Shown: positions 51,541-63,300 of the stretch, piece by piece
How the letters are laid out: every line of letters starts with the position of its first letter
How positions within the stretch are numbered: position 1 is the stretch's first letter
NCBI GenBank assembly: GCA_965203295.1
Contig: CBDBCZ010000019.1
Location: 1,760,001-1,824,000 of the forward strand
Origin: Nitrospirales bacterium
GTDB taxonomy: Bacteria > Nitrospirota > Nitrospiria > Nitrospirales > UBA8639
Direction of reading: 5' to 3'
DNA length: 64,000 nt
Program-made: the position numbers and the translations under genes
The notes under the pieces: model-generated
What the model saw: the letters and a program-made list of their open reading frames with translations, nothing else
Told to the model about the DNA's origin: nothing
Database searches by the model: none

Positions 51541-53292
51541 TCAGCGATCACACTCCCCCATCACAATATCGTAGGTCCCGAAAATCGTAATAATATCCGA
51601 AATGAGATAGCCCCGAGCCATATGATCAAACGCTCCCATGTGAACAAATGACGGAGAGCGAATCTTCAGTCTGTACGGACGAGGCCCTCCATCACTAATC
51701 AGGAAAAATCCTAGTTCGCCTTTGGGAACCTCCGTCGCACAATAGGTTTCTCCCTTTGGTGGCTTGAATCCCTGAGTAAAGATAATGAAGTGATGGATCA
51801 AACTTTCCATATCTCGCATGATTTGCGGTTTAGGAGGTGGAATCACTTTGGGGTCGTCTCCCATGATCGGACCTTCTGGAAGTTGGTCCAAACATTGCTG
51901 AATGATTCGTGCACTCTGTCGCATTTCCTCCACACGAATCCAATATCGATCATAGGTATCACCATCTTTTCCAACCGGCACTTCCCATTCCACTTTGTCA
52001 TACGCACCATACGGTTCTAATTTACGAATATCGTAGGCGACACCAGAGCCCCGCAACGTTGGGCCTGTCAAACCAAAGTTAATCGCATCGACATCCGATA
52101 TCACAGCAACGCCCTTCGTTCGCGCAATCCAAATCCGATTCCGCTGCAACAGGACATCATATTCATGCATCCGCTCTGGGAAGGTCTTGAGAAAAGCCCG
52201 AAGAGGTTCGATGATTTCCTGACTCAAATCACTATCCACCCCACCAATTCTATAGTAGTTCAATGTCAATCGAGCCCCACAAAGCTTTTCGAACAAGTCG
52301 AGTAAGATTTCCCGTTCCCTGAATGTCCAAAAGAAGACTGTCATGGCCCCAATATCAAGGGCTTGTGTCCCGAGCCAAAAAAGGTGCCCAACGATACGCT
52401 GCATTTCCGCGACGATGGTTCGAATGTATTCTGCTCGTTCCGGAACCGTGACACCAGCCAACTTCTCGACGGCACGAACGTACGCATAATTGTTAGTCAT
52501 GGCGCAGGTATAATCCAAACGATCAGTATGAGGAATAACCTGCATGTAATGAAGGCCTTCGGCTAATTTTTCGACGCCCCGATGCAGATACCCCAAATCC
52601 GGAATGGCTTTGGTAACGCGTTCCCCATCAAGTTCCAACACCACCCGTAACACTCCATGTGTGCTCGGGTGTTGTGGGCCCATATTGAGCAACATCTCAG
52701 TGGTCCGCTTTGAAGAATCGGGAGTATCTTCAGCCATGAACATATGCCGCTGATCTTCAGGAATTTCTCCCTCCGACCACGTACTCACCGGTTCATCCAA
52801 CTTTGGAAGAAAATCAAATCGACTTCTCCAACCTTTTCCTTCAGTTGGAAAGTCTTTTCGAAGCGGATGCCCTTCGTCATAGTCTTCAGGGAGAAGAATT
52901 CTCCGCAAATCCGGGTGCCCGCTAAATTGAATTCCCATCAAGTCATACACTTCACGCTCCAAAAAATTCGCACCCTTCCAAATTTCACAAATCGAGTGAA
53001 TCGCGGGATTATCCTCTTGCAATCTGGCTTTGACTCGAATTCGCCATCCATGAGACAAAGACAGAAACTTATAAATGACCTCAAAGCGTTCAAGATCATC
53101 AGGGTAATCAGCCGCACAGACATCGGTGATGTGGTCAAAAGCTAGTCGTGGATCGTCATGAAGAAATCCAGCAATTTCAAACCACCCATCCGCGATAATC
53201 TGAGCACAAAGATCTCCATCGATGCGATCCTCCCAAACCGATAGCACCGTTGGGGGAAATCGTTGTTGAAGCGTTTCGAGAACCGTGTGCAT
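51541..53292 (-). CDS. nuoCD: NADH-quinone oxidoreductase fused subunit C/D
   Basis: EREVYDLMG..GHPLRKDFP; GPQHPSTHG, GYLHRGVEK, GECDR. Confidence 0.97.
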   Translation of the reverse strand: MHTVLETLQQRFPPTVLSVWEDRIDGDLCAQIIADGWFEIAGFLHDDPRLAFDHITDVCAADYPDDLERFEVIYKFLSLSHGWRIRVKARLQEDNPAIHSICEIWKGANFLEREVYDLMGIQFSGHPDLRRILLPEDYDEGHPLRKDFPTEGKGWRSRFDFLPKLDEPVSTWSEGEIPEDQRHMFMAEDTPDSSKRTTEMLLNMGPQHPSTHGVLRVVLELDGERVTKAIPDLGYLHRGVEKLAEGLHYMQVIPHTDRLDYTCAMTNNYAYVRAVEKLAGVTVPERAEYIRTIVAEMQRIVGHLFWLGTQALDIGAMTVFFWTFREREILLDLFEKLCGARLTLNYYRIGGVDSDLSQEIIEPLRAFLKTFPERMHEYDVLLQRNRIWIARTKGVAVISDVDAINFGLTGPTLRGSGVAYDIRKLEPYGAYDKVEWEVPVGKDGDTYDRYWIRVEEMRQSARIIQQCLDQLPEGPIMGDDPKVIPPPKPQIMRDMESLIHHFIIFTQGFKPPKGETYCATEVPKGELGFFLISDGGPRPYRLKIRSPSFVHMGAFDHMARGYLISDIITIFGTYDIVMGECDR

Positions 53293-53376
53293 AAAACGTA
53301 TAAAACCTGAACGACTTACAAAGCGATGACTAAGATGATTCTCATGAAAGGAAGCTCATGAGTTTGGAGCGATCGA

Positions 53377-53856
53377 CTACTTCACGAAAACTTTTTCCCG
53401 TTGAATTTTTTCTTGAAGCTTGATGAGCCCATCTAACAACGCTTCTGGACGTGGGGGACACCCCGCAATATACACATCCACTGGCACGATCTGATCCACT
53501 CCCTGAACTACGCTATAACTATTGTAATGGTTGCCAGATGTCGCGCAGGAACCCATTGAAATCACATACCGGGGTTCGGACATTTGGTCATAAATCCGTC
53601 GAATCACCGGAGCCATTTTTCGACAAACCGTCCCGGCTACAATCATCAAATCCGACTGTCTGGGAGATGCGCGAAACACCCCGGCACCAAATCGATCAAT
53701 ATCATACCGAGACGACACAGAAGCGATCATTTCAATCGCACAGCACGCCAGTCCGAAAGTCATCGGCCACAAAGCGGACTTTCTCGCCCAATTGACGACG
53801 GAGTCGAGTGTGGTCGTCACCATGTTGGCTTCGAATTGCCGTTCAAGCATGCTCAT
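53377..53856 (-). CDS. nuoB: NADH-quinone oxidoreductase subunit B
   Basis: [23 protein letters not shown]. Confidence 0.97.
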   Translation of the reverse strand: MSMLERQFEANMVTTTLDSVVNWARKSALWPMTFGLACCAIEMIASVSSRYDIDRFGAGVFRASPRQSDLMIVAGTVCRKMAPVIRRIYDQMSEPRYVISMGSCATSGNHYNSYSVVQGVDQIVPVDVYIAGCPPRPEALLDGLIKLQEKIQREKVFVK

Positions 53857-53893
53857 TGCCCAGAACCTATTGCCCTAAAACCCTGTCCCCTCA

Positions 53894-54265
53894 CTAATCC
53901 CATTCCAACGCCCCTTTTTTCCAAACATACCAATACCCTACAACGAGAATCGCAATGAACAGCCCCATTTCAATCAAGCCCAAGAGACCAAGTTTGTTAA
54001 ACACCACCGCCCATGGGAACATGAAGACAATTTCGATATCGAATATCACAAAGAGCATGGCAATGATGTAATACCGCATAGGGAATTGAATTCGGGCGTC
54101 CATAAACAGTGGACTTCCGCTTTCATAGGGAAGGAGCTTCGCTCGATACGGTCGGCTGGGTCGGACAAACCATCCAGCGACAAGCGAAACAATACCGAAT
54201 GCGGCACCGATCAAGGCAAAGATGACAATGGGAATATAATTCAGTGGAACAGCTTCACCACCCAT
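53894..54265 (-). CDS. nuoA: NADH-quinone oxidoreductase subunit A
   Basis: PYESG, FDIE..FPWA, KGALEWD. Confidence 0.97.
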   Translation of the reverse strand: MGGEAVPLNYIPIVIFALIGAAFGIVSLVAGWFVRPSRPYRAKLLPYESGSPLFMDARIQFPMRYYIIAMLFVIFDIEIVFMFPWAVVFNKLGLLGLIEMGLFIAILVVGYWYVWKKGALEWD

Positions 54266-54310
54266 TTGGCGATATTTCCTTTTCCATATCGTGACAATCC
54301 ATCACGATGG

Positions 54311-55507
54311 TCAGACTTTCCCGACTGTCTGATCCCCTGTTAAGACTCCATGAAAAAATGGTCGATACCGTAAACCGGAAAGCTTGGGTTCATCTGTTGC
54401 CTTGTGTTGAATCAGGATCTTAAAGGTTCGGCCCATCCCAGCAGGATGTAACAATTGGGCGGCAGCACGACCTTGTTCCGAGTCTGGGCCGATTTCCTGA
54501 ATCATTTCTTCAATTCCTAATCCCATTAAAAAATGCATGAGATCCGTAAAGCCCGTTATTTCCAAGCCCTCACGTTTTCCAGCTATCGCTAAACTAGAAA
54601 AATTGACATGCGCCGTGATGTCTTGCAACCCAATCTGTTGATAGGGGTCAACATGCACACGATGGAGGGTATAACAAAGAAGGGTCCCGGTTTTTCTAGA
54701 TGGAGAATAGAAATCCTGTGCAACATGGCCATAATCAATGGTGAGCACCACTCCCCTCTTCATGACTCTTGCAACGTCTTTCATCCAAGAGAGGGCACGC
54801 AGATTGACTTCCGTCGTAAATCCATCAGGCAGGTTCTCCTCATAATCGCCTAAGACTTTTTCTAATTCAGTGCTAGAAGGATCTTTCACCCTTTCAACGA
54901 ACTGTCCTTCCTCAAAGTCGACATACAGTTCTTTGAGGTTTCCATTTTCAACTTTGATCCGATGAACCGGGAACGCATCAACGAGCTCATTTGAAAAAAG
55001 CATTCCCGTCACCAATTGGGTGTCACATTCCTCAAGGGAAGAGGCCCACGAAACTTGAGCCCCTCTTTGAATGAAGGACGCGACGGATTGTTCGTGACGA
55101 ACCTTCATGCTAGGGCTACGATCAATAAGGATGTATTTGACTCTTTGAAAGAATTGCGGGCTGAAAAACTCACAATGCGAAAGGAAATCACGGGCCAGTA
55201 ATCCTTCCCCCGCCCCCATTTCCAACACGATGAAAGGATCGGGATGCCCTAGGTCCTCATCAATCTCTTGAGCTTGCCGAACTAAGGCCTTGGCTAAGAG
55301 AGGGGAAAGGCACGGAGTCGTGTAAAAATCTCCTTGCCACCCGATCTGGGAATCTCCATTACCCCTAGGATTCTCTGTAGGGGTTTTCCCATGGGTCATA
55401 TAGTACCCATACTCAGAATCATACAGGGCAAGCTCCATAAATCGCGCGAAGGAAATAGGCCCTAACTCTATGATTTCAGAGGAAATTTTTTTAACTAGCT
55501 GATTCAA
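54311..55507 (-). CDS. SAM-dependent methyltransferase, MidA/NDUFAF7 family
   Basis: FARFMELALY..GYY, GDFYT, EMGAGEG, NELVDAFP, IDYG, QDITAHVNF. Confidence 0.93.
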   Translation of the reverse strand: MNQLVKKISSEIIELGPISFARFMELALYDSEYGYYMTHGKTPTENPRGNGDSQIGWQGDFYTTPCLSPLLAKALVRQAQEIDEDLGHPDPFIVLEMGAGEGLLARDFLSHCEFFSPQFFQRVKYILIDRSPSMKVRHEQSVASFIQRGAQVSWASSLEECDTQLVTGMLFSNELVDAFPVHRIKVENGNLKELYVDFEEGQFVERVKDPSSTELEKVLGDYEENLPDGFTTEVNLRALSWMKDVARVMKRGVVLTIDYGHVAQDFYSPSRKTGTLLCYTLHRVHVDPYQQIGLQDITAHVNFSSLAIAGKREGLEITGFTDLMHFLMGLGIEEMIQEIGPDSEQGRAAAQLLHPAGMGRTFKILIQHKATDEPKLSGLRYRPFFHGVLTGDQTVGKV

Positions 55508-55832
55508 ATCCCAAACCTTTTCATCTAGGCCATTATAACTATATAATCCCCTGCCACACCGATTAGGCCAAAGGGCATATCATAGCTTCCCTAATTAATC
55601 CAAGTCAAGGGAATCTAACTGAGTTGGGAAAGGGAATAATTATGAAGAGAAACCGATGAAAGTTGTCGATCATATGACAGAGAAAAACGCTTCACCTCTG
55701 ATCTTATGACGAGTGGCGTAACGACTGCCCTATTTAAACCTGTTGTCTTAATAAAACCATCTGTCAGATCCTTGCAATGCCATCCTGGACCATTTCTTTA
55801 AGACCATTTGAGCTATCCTCGTTTTATTTATC

Positions 55833-57405
55833 TCATTTAGTGAAATATAAAGCTAGAGTCTGGATAATTGAGAATCTCACCCGTATCAAAAGGGTTGTCC
55901 CTTTAAGAATATTAATTTTCTTATCGTAAATAACAACCACTTTGGAATTAGAAATTAATGTCGTGGTTAACCACGTATTCTTGTTTAGGGAGATAAAAAG
56001 CGAATTCGTCTCACTTCCTCTTCCCCATATCTCTTCCCCATATGAGACATACAACAAGTCGCCTGTTATGGGATCAACCTCTAAATCCACTGGGGTTCTG
56101 ACGGAAGTTAAACCAAGGGGACTATCTTTACCCCCAAAGTCTTCCATACTTACAAGTTGATGTTGGTCATCAACCCACAAGACCTTGATCCATTCCTCCC
56201 CATAATCAGCAAAAAACAAGGTTCCATGGTATCGATGTGGAAATTGACTCCCTGTATAAAATGCTAAACCGGTCGCTGTATGGCCCGTGAAAGTGGCAAT
56301 AGGGTGCCCACTAAACCAACCTTTTTGAGGTTTACCCCGATGCCATGAGATGAGTGGGAAAACAAGGCGATTTTCCTCGCGGACTCTCTGAAAAAGTGTG
56401 TGAACGGTGGGATTTTTTAAATAGGCATTCGATTTCACTGGGCCTTCGAAACAGGGCCATCCTGCATTGCCTCCTGGGTGCAGAACCGTAATTTCCTCCC
56501 ATTTCCCCCATCCAACATCCCCGACTTATGGGACTGGAGAACCGGCCCCATTCTCACGAAGCGTAAACCGAAAAGGATTTCTTAACCCGAGACTGAAAAT
56601 TCTAGAAGTTGGGCTATTGAGATTACCATCAAAAAAAGGGGTTGTTGCCAATCCTAATCCTACCTCTGGATCAATTCGAAGCAGTTTTCCTTAAAGCGAG
56701 TTAATCTGTTGCGACCGACGAGCACCAGTCCCCTGATCGCGGCCGAACAGTCTGCTACAACGGTCATCAGGGTCCCCAATATCAATCCCTTCATAACTGG
56801 CTCCATCCCCAGCGCTGAGATATATGAAACCATCCGAGCCCACCTTTACCGCGCCTACAGAATGGAATGTACTGCAATTTGGAATGCCGTCTTCAGGACC
56901 TTTTCCAAAGAGGATAGTTTGTGAATCTCTTAAAACCTCATCTCCTTGGGCTGTATAGCGAACAAGACGACCAAATGTGGGTACCGGAGTAGGCTCATTT
57001 GCGTATTTCAATCGACGATTAACGGTATACAGGAGATAAACATAAGGGACCTCAGGATACGAGGGGTGAACCGCCAAGCCCAATAAACCACTTTCCCCAC
57101 CAACTTCCACATCATCAAGGACGAGAAAAGGCTGGCGAAGACGAACCCTGTTTCTGACAATCCACACCACGCCATGCCTTTCCGCAACAAACATAGTCCC
57201 ATCCTGAGCGATAGCCAAATCGGTGGGATCCGTTAACTTACCGACAATTAGCTCATCGACAAACCCTCCATCCATAGGGAGAATTAGGTCCTGTCGACAC
57301 CATGGGATCAAATACAAGATAGATCAGAAAGCCAATCAGAGTTCCCATCACGAGAATCCCGAGAACAATCTTAGATGCTTTTTTGAGATAAATTAGTAAA
57401 ATCAT
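55833..57405 (-). pseudogene. PQQ-dependent sugar (glucose/sorbosone) dehydrogenase family protein
   Basis: GESGLLGLAVHP, GSDGFIYLSAGDG, *GKLLRID, GLRNPFRF, GWPCFEG, FFADYG; several stops and frameshifts; 3' end uncertain. Confidence 0.82.
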
Positions 57406-57685
57406 AGGATATGTTTATTACCTAACCTCCTCATTCCTCATACTCCTCCAAAAATTTCATTTCGTCGATAGTCCAAGGCGGGGACCGCTAGCTATTGTTT
57501 CATCATGAATGCCGTTTAAGTAAATTATTAAGGCTCTAGACTAGCAGATTCTCATAGTTGTTGATGATCCGAGTTAATTCTTGGCGAAGGGCGTGCGACG
57601 GTTTTCCCTAGCGCCATTCACATTCTTTGGGATGAAGATCAAAGTGTTTCTTGACGCCGTTAGTCTAGAGCCATTGGAATGTAAA

Positions 57686-58182
57686 TTATCGTAGGGTCAG
57701 CAATTGTCCGTTCAGATCACCATTTGCCTGAGGATTGGAATAGATTAAGATATTGTTGGCCGTCACGTAGGTGAGATCACTCGTCGGGATGCCAATATAT
57801 TGGGTTTGACCCGGTTTCAAAGAGAGTTTTACATTCATCGATGTTGGACCGGCAAATGCCGAATCGGCGGAAAGATGAAATGTGTAATCAGACTGTAATT
57901 TGTTGGTGACTTTAAGTAAGACTGGTCGGCCTGCCCGTGCGCCTGTTCCCTGGTTGGCTAGATTCAGGATAGCTGTGGGAGGATACCAGCCATTTTTTCC
58001 ACCAACAGTCATCGCGGTAAATTCCAAATCAACATTCAATTCTCTTTAAAGGGTTGTCCCACCACAGAGCCAGTCGCCAGATCTCCAATTTCCACTTCGC
58101 CGGATTGCAATGCAAAAGCGGAATTTGTCATTCCCAGGACAAGGAATATTCCCAAACAAAGCATGAAGAAAGACGTGCGCAT
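57686..58182 (-). pseudogene. Exported hypothetical protein (cupredoxin-like fold possible), one frameshift
   Basis: AAGGAGG RBS, ATG 58182, signal peptide; frame shifts near 58045 into ORF 57686-58039. Confidence 0.7.
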
Positions 58183-58610
58183 TAGATTGCCTCCTTAGTT
58201 AATAAAAGGATGAATACGTGATGATAGCCTTACAGAAAGAACACGTTCTCTATGGACGAATCGACCTCAGAGTTTTGACGCGATAGTCAATCTCGATCAA
58301 CAAGCTGTGAGGAGCCGGGAATGAAGGGATGAGGTAGGCAAACCTCTCTTCACTCCCTGAGCTCTTCACAGAATTTAAGGTAGGATATCGAGTGGCGATT
58401 AGGTTCCTACCCTTTGGGAAACAAGATTAACGCGTTGATTATGTTAGGTAATATTGAGCAAGCCGTCTACATAAGGATGTCAACGGATGCTACAGCTTGC
58501 TCCAAGAATTTACTTAGGTAGGGAATGAAGGTTTTTCTGCTTGGTGCTGTAATGAAGAAGACTAGCGACTTATTCAGGAAACAAGAAAGCTAAAAGCAAA
58601 ATGTCTTGTT

Positions 58611-61313
58611 TTAGGCCCCATGACATTTTTTGTATTTTTTGCCGCTTCCGCAGGGACAGGGATCATTTCGTCCGACTTTTTGCTGAGCCCGTTGAACAGT
58701 CCGAGGGGCTGCAGCCTCCCCACGATTCAACGAAATTTGAAGCGGCTGGTCAACTTCCTCGACAGCATCCGGCCGCTCACCTTTGACGATTTGAACTTTA
58801 AAGACCCGCTCCAAGGCATCGGATTTGATCCGATCCATCATCACGGCAAACATATCAAACCCTTCCCGTTTATATTCGGCAAGAGGATCTTTTTGCCCAT
58901 AACCTCGTAGCCCAATTCCATCGCGGAGCTGATCCATCCCTAAAAGATGGTCCTTCCAATGATGATCAATGACCTGAAGTAACAATGACCGTTCTAGGTG
59001 CTGACGAATTTCAACCCCAACAGCTTCATCTCGTTCCTGTTGAATCGTGGTATAGGCTTGTTGAACTCGTTCCCGGAGTTCTGCCAACAGGCCCTCCAAT
59101 CCCATATCCTTCACATCATCTTCTTGCATGATGTCCACGCCGAACTGTCCTTGCAAAGACTCCCGGAGTCCAGTCAGATCCCAAGACTCGGCATATTGAT
59201 CCTCTGGACAATAGGTTGTGACCAACGATTCGACCACATCTGAAATCATATCGGGAACATCTTCCGATACATCTTCACCCCCGAGAACCCCGCCTCGGTG
59301 TTGGTAGATGATCTCCCGTTGCTTGTTCATCACATCATCATATTCAAGAAGCTGCTTGCGGATTTCAAAATTATGGGCTTCAACTTTTTTCTGAGCATTC
59401 TCAATTGACTTCGTGACCATCCGATGTTCAATGGGCACCCCTTCCTCCATACCCAGCTTGAGCATAAGATTGGAAACCCTCTCAGACGCAAAAATCCTCA
59501 TCAGATCGTCTTGAAGAGAGAGAAAGAACCGTGAAGACCCAGGATCTCCCTGCCGACCAGATCTTCCACGAAGCTGATTGTCTATTCGCCGACTCTCATG
59601 ACGCTCTGTCCCAATAATATGCACACCACCGAGAGCCAGAACCTCTGCTTTATTTATCTCACTCTCAGTCTTAATTTTTTCATAGGCTGTCTGTTTTTGT
59701 TCTTCAGACAACTCTTCCTCTTTGGCGTAAAGCATTTGCTTGAATAAGGAGTCAGGATTTCCACCAAGAACAATGTCCGTACCACGACCAGCCATATTCG
59801 TCGCTAAGGTCACCGCCCCCTTTTGGCCAGCTTGGGCGATGATCTCGGCCTCTTTTTCATGAAATTTTGCGTTCAAGACATGATGTTTGATCCCACGATG
59901 TTTGAGCATTAAAGAAAGACGCTCAGACTTTTCGATAGAAATGGTCCCAACCAAGACGGGCTGGCCTCGATCAGCAAATTCTTTGATTTCTTCCGCAATG
60001 GCGTCGAACTTTTCCTTCTCAGTCCGATACACGACATCCGGGTAATCCTTTCGGATCATCGGCTGGTTCGTCGGGATCACATTGACGTCTAAGTTATAAA
60101 TCTTCGCAAATTCAGCTGCTTCCGTATCAGCCGTCCCTGTCATCCCAGCCAATTTGTCATACATCCGAAAATAATTCTGAAATGTAATAGAAGCCAAGGT
60201 CTGATTCTCATTGGCAATCTTGACGCCCTCCTTGGCTTCAACTGCCTGGTGTAATCCATCACTCCACCGGCGACCAGGCATAAGCCGTCCGGTAAACTCA
60301 TCCACAATCTGGACTTCCCCGTCCTTGACAACATAATCGACGTCCCGTTTGTAAATAGCATGGGCCTGGAGAGCCTTAATGACATGATGCACAAGATCCA
60401 TATGACGCATGTCATACAGATTATCTACGCCAAGAAGCTTTTCGACTCGGTTATTCCCATCGTCTGTCAGGACGACTGTTTTCGTTTTTTCCTCGATAGT
60501 AAAATCTTGTTCAACCTTGAGCTGTGGAATAATACGATTGATGCGATAATACAGCTCGGTCGATTGCTCAGCAGGACCTGAAATGATCAGTGGCGTCCTG
60601 GCCTCATCAATGAGGATGCTATCAACTTCATCGACAATGGCGAAATTCAGTTCTCGCTGGACCCTTTGAGTGAGATCGGTCACGACCAGATTGTCCCGCA
60701 AATAATCAAATCCGAACTCATTGTTCGTGCCATAGGTAATATCAGCTCGATAGGCCTCGGGCCGTGAACAGGGACGCAAATACTGTAGGCGTTTATCGGG
60801 TGCATCATAATGAGGGTCAAACATGAACGAAGATTCATGTTGAATAATCCCCACGGAACAGCCGAGTGAATGGTACAGGGATCCCATCCATTGAGCATCT
60901 CGCTTGGCCAAATAGTCATTCACCGTGACGAGATGGACCCCTTTTCCTGTCAATGCATTCAAATAGACGGGAAGGGTCGCGACCAGCGTTTTCCCTTCTC
61001 CTGTCTTCATCTCGGAAATTTTTCCCTGGTTGAGGACCATTCCCCCTAATAATTGAACGTCGAAATGCCGAAGAACCAGCCTTCGTTTGGAAGCTTCTCG
61101 ACACACAGCGAACGCCTCAGGCAGCAAAGCGTCAAGAGATTCTCCAGCTTCTAGCCTTTTTTTAAACGACTCGGATTTGTCTGCAAGCGCTTCGTCGGAC
61201 AGGGGCTCGAGCGAGGGCTCAAAAGCATTGACCTGATCCACAACAGACTGAAAACTCTTGAGCTCTCGTTCGTTTTTGCTACCGAAAATGAGGTTTAGGA
61301 GGCGGATAAACAT
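58611..61313 (-). CDS. secA: Preprotein translocase subunit SecA
   Basis: [49 protein letters not shown]. Confidence 0.99.
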   Translation of the reverse strand: MFIRLLNLIFGSKNERELKSFQSVVDQVNAFEPSLEPLSDEALADKSESFKKRLEAGESLDALLPEAFAVCREASKRRLVLRHFDVQLLGGMVLNQGKISEMKTGEGKTLVATLPVYLNALTGKGVHLVTVNDYLAKRDAQWMGSLYHSLGCSVGIIQHESSFMFDPHYDAPDKRLQYLRPCSRPEAYRADITYGTNNEFGFDYLRDNLVVTDLTQRVQRELNFAIVDEVDSILIDEARTPLIISGPAEQSTELYYRINRIIPQLKVEQDFTIEEKTKTVVLTDDGNNRVEKLLGVDNLYDMRHMDLVHHVIKALQAHAIYKRDVDYVVKDGEVQIVDEFTGRLMPGRRWSDGLHQAVEAKEGVKIANENQTLASITFQNYFRMYDKLAGMTGTADTEAAEFAKIYNLDVNVIPTNQPMIRKDYPDVVYRTEKEKFDAIAEEIKEFADRGQPVLVGTISIEKSERLSLMLKHRGIKHHVLNAKFHEKEAEIIAQAGQKGAVTLATNMAGRGTDIVLGGNPDSLFKQMLYAKEEELSEEQKQTAYEKIKTESEINKAEVLALGGVHIIGTERHESRRIDNQLRGRSGRQGDPGSSRFFLSLQDDLMRIFASERVSNLMLKLGMEEGVPIEHRMVTKSIENAQKKVEAHNFEIRKQLLEYDDVMNKQREIIYQHRGGVLGGEDVSEDVPDMISDVVESLVTTYCPEDQYAESWDLTGLRESLQGQFGVDIMQEDDVKDMGLEGLLAELRERVQQAYTTIQQERDEAVGVEIRQHLERSLLLQVIDHHWKDHLLGMDQLRDGIGLRGYGQKDPLAEYKREGFDMFAVMMDRIKSDALERVFKVQIVKGERPDAVEEVDQPLQISLNRGEAAAPRTVQRAQQKVGRNDPCPCGSGKKYKKCHGA

Positions 61314-61600
61314 GGCACAACGATTAGAGAAGGTGAAAATTAGTTTGTGGAAGATTTGAATTTTCCAATGACGTGTTAGTATACCCGAATACTCTAAGGA
61401 ATCAACTTACTCCAAATTGGTTTCGAGAATTGAACGAAGTGAATGATTTTCAGCATTCGCCTTCAAATCGCATGAGGCTTTAACGTCCGGGGCTCTGTCG
61501 CTTACGACCTCAATGGCAATTTGGCCCGGAGAGTGAATGATGAGCAAGAGATAACGCATTTTTTCAATTTAAGAAGATCTTGATATACTACTAAATTCAT

Positions 61601-62197
61601 ATGAGGAATTTCTGCCGCGGATCCACGGTCCAGCAGGGACTTATCCTGTTTGTTGTCACAGGAACCATTGGCTTTATGCCGAGCACACTTCAAGCAGAGG
61701 AAATCGTAGAGGAGGAATCAATTGAGATTCTGGACACCATTGAAGTTCCGGCCACAGCGGTTACTCAGGAAAAACGCCCGATCTCCTTCTTAGCTCCGCA
61801 GTCGACAGAACTTACTCCGCTTATTGAAGAGCAATTGGTTCGCCCATCCATTCGCTCCGGCCTCTCCGTGACGATAGGCCATCATCCGGTAGCACGGGAT
61901 TCCATAGCTGATACCCGTGGGGTTTGGTCCCCAACGCGCGCGGTTAAAGCCGAGCGTCCTCACTATCCTCATGTTGCTCGTAAAAATAGATGGGAGGGAA
62001 CAGTCTTTCTCAGAATCACCATTAACGCCGATGGAACGGTGCGATCGATCAAGACTCAAAAAAGTTCCGGGCATTCTATTTTGGATGAAAGCGCCTTGCA
62101 TGCAGTGAAGCAATGGCGGTTTGAACCAGCCAAGGATGGAGAATTCCCCATTCCAGTGAATGTAGATCTCCCGATCCGATTTGATCTCAATGAATGA
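61601..62197 (+). CDS. TonB-family protein (TonB_C domain)
   Basis: PHYPHVARKNRWEGTV..SSGHSILDESAL.AVKQWRFEPA. Confidence 0.9.
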   Translation: MRNFCRGSTVQQGLILFVVTGTIGFMPSTLQAEEIVEEESIEILDTIEVPATAVTQEKRPISFLAPQSTELTPLIEEQLVRPSIRSGLSVTIGHHPVARDSIADTRGVWSPTRAVKAERPHYPHVARKNRWEGTVFLRITINADGTVRSIKTQKSSGHSILDESALHAVKQWRFEPAKDGEFPIPVNVDLPIRFDLNE

Positions 62198-62238
62198 AAG
62201 GTATCCAGAATCATTTTCGTAATTAAGTAGGATCATCC

Positions 62239-63300
62239 ATGAACAGATTGAAATCCACGCTGGTTCAAAGCCGAAAAAGATTTTGTGTAATAACCCTATT
62301 TTTGTTATCGCTATCATCAGCCGCTTGGGCAGATGAAGCCCAGCAATATTACAACCAAGGGCTCTCAGCCTTGCAACAAAAAGAATACTCTAAATCAGTC
62401 TCCTCGCTTCAATCAGCTATACGAGTATTTCCGCGTTTTGCGACAGCTCATCACCTATTGGGGGTGGTGTATTTTAACGGCCTTCACAACCACGAAGAGG
62501 CCCTTGAGCATTTACAACAGGCTGTCGTCTTGCATCCAAATTTTTCTCGCGCCCATTTGGACCTCGGACTCGTCTACCAACACAACAATCAATTAGATGA
62601 GGCTGAATCCTCATTGAAAAAGGCAATTGATATTTATCCCAACTATGCCGAGGCTCACCTGTCTTTGGCCCTCTTATATGACCATAGAGGAAAGATTGAA
62701 CAGGCTATCTCAGCCTACGAAACTGCATTGAACCTTCAACCGAATCAAAAACAGGCCATCTTCAATTTGGCGACGCTCTACGATCATGAGGGAGACACCC
62801 CCAAAGCGCGAAGGTTACTTCGCAAGCTCACTACTGTTGAACCAACCTACGCTGAGGCATGGATGCTATTGGCCCAAATAGCGGAAAAAAACAATCAAAC
62901 AGACGAGGCCATTCACACGTATAGCCGAGCCGTACAAGAAAACGGGAAACTCCTCGAAGCGCATTATGCCCTGGGGTTCCTTTATCAATCACAAGGGAAG
63001 TCTGAAGAAGGGGTTCGAGAGTTTAAGGAAGTCATCCGTCTGGATCCCAAATATGCTGAAGCCCACCTCAACCTCGGTGTCTTGTATGCCAACATGGATC
63101 ATCTGGAAGATGCGGAAGAGGCCTATCAAACGGCCTTATCCCTCAACCCGACGCTGATCGAAGCCCACTATAATCTCGGAGTGTTCTACGAGTTCTACCG
63201 TAAAGATCCAAAAAAGGCGCTGGTGCAATACAAAAAATATGTTAATCTAGGAGGCAAAGACGAGCGCGTCCACAACCTTCTTAAAAAAGCAGACAAATGA
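62239..63300 (+). CDS. Exported TPR-repeat protein
   Basis: Signal peptide and about 9 tandem TPRs. Confidence 0.9.
   Translation: MNRLKSTLVQSRKRFCVITLFLLSLSSAAWADEAQQYYNQGLSALQQKEYSKSVSSLQSAIRVFPRFATAHHLLGVVYFNGLHNHEEALEHLQQAVVLHPNFSRAHLDLGLVYQHNNQLDEAESSLKKAIDIYPNYAEAHLSLALLYDHRGKIEQAISAYETALNLQPNQKQAIFNLATLYDHEGDTPKARRLLRKLTTVEPTYAEAWMLLAQIAEKNNQTDEAIHTYSRAVQENGKLLEAHYALGFLYQSQGKSEEGVREFKEVIRLDPKYAEAHLNLGVLYANMDHLEDAEEAYQTALSLNPTLIEAHYNLGVFYEFYRKDPKKALVQYKKYVNLGGKDERVHNLLKKADK

Noticed and set aside
39447..54343. Many antisense and alternate-frame ORFs within the nuo operon
   Set aside because: Fully overlap well-conserved nuo genes and carry no recognisable motifs.
58330..58375. c-di-GMP-I riboswitch suggested by GGCAAACC
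   Set aside because: Lacks the GNRA-capped stem and the following GACGCAAAGC-type motif, and lies on the strand opposite the downstream gene.
61438..61460. Fur box upstream of the TonB cluster
   Set aside because: GAATGATTTTCAGCATTC is only a weak match to the consensus; cannot be supported without a lineage-specific matrix.
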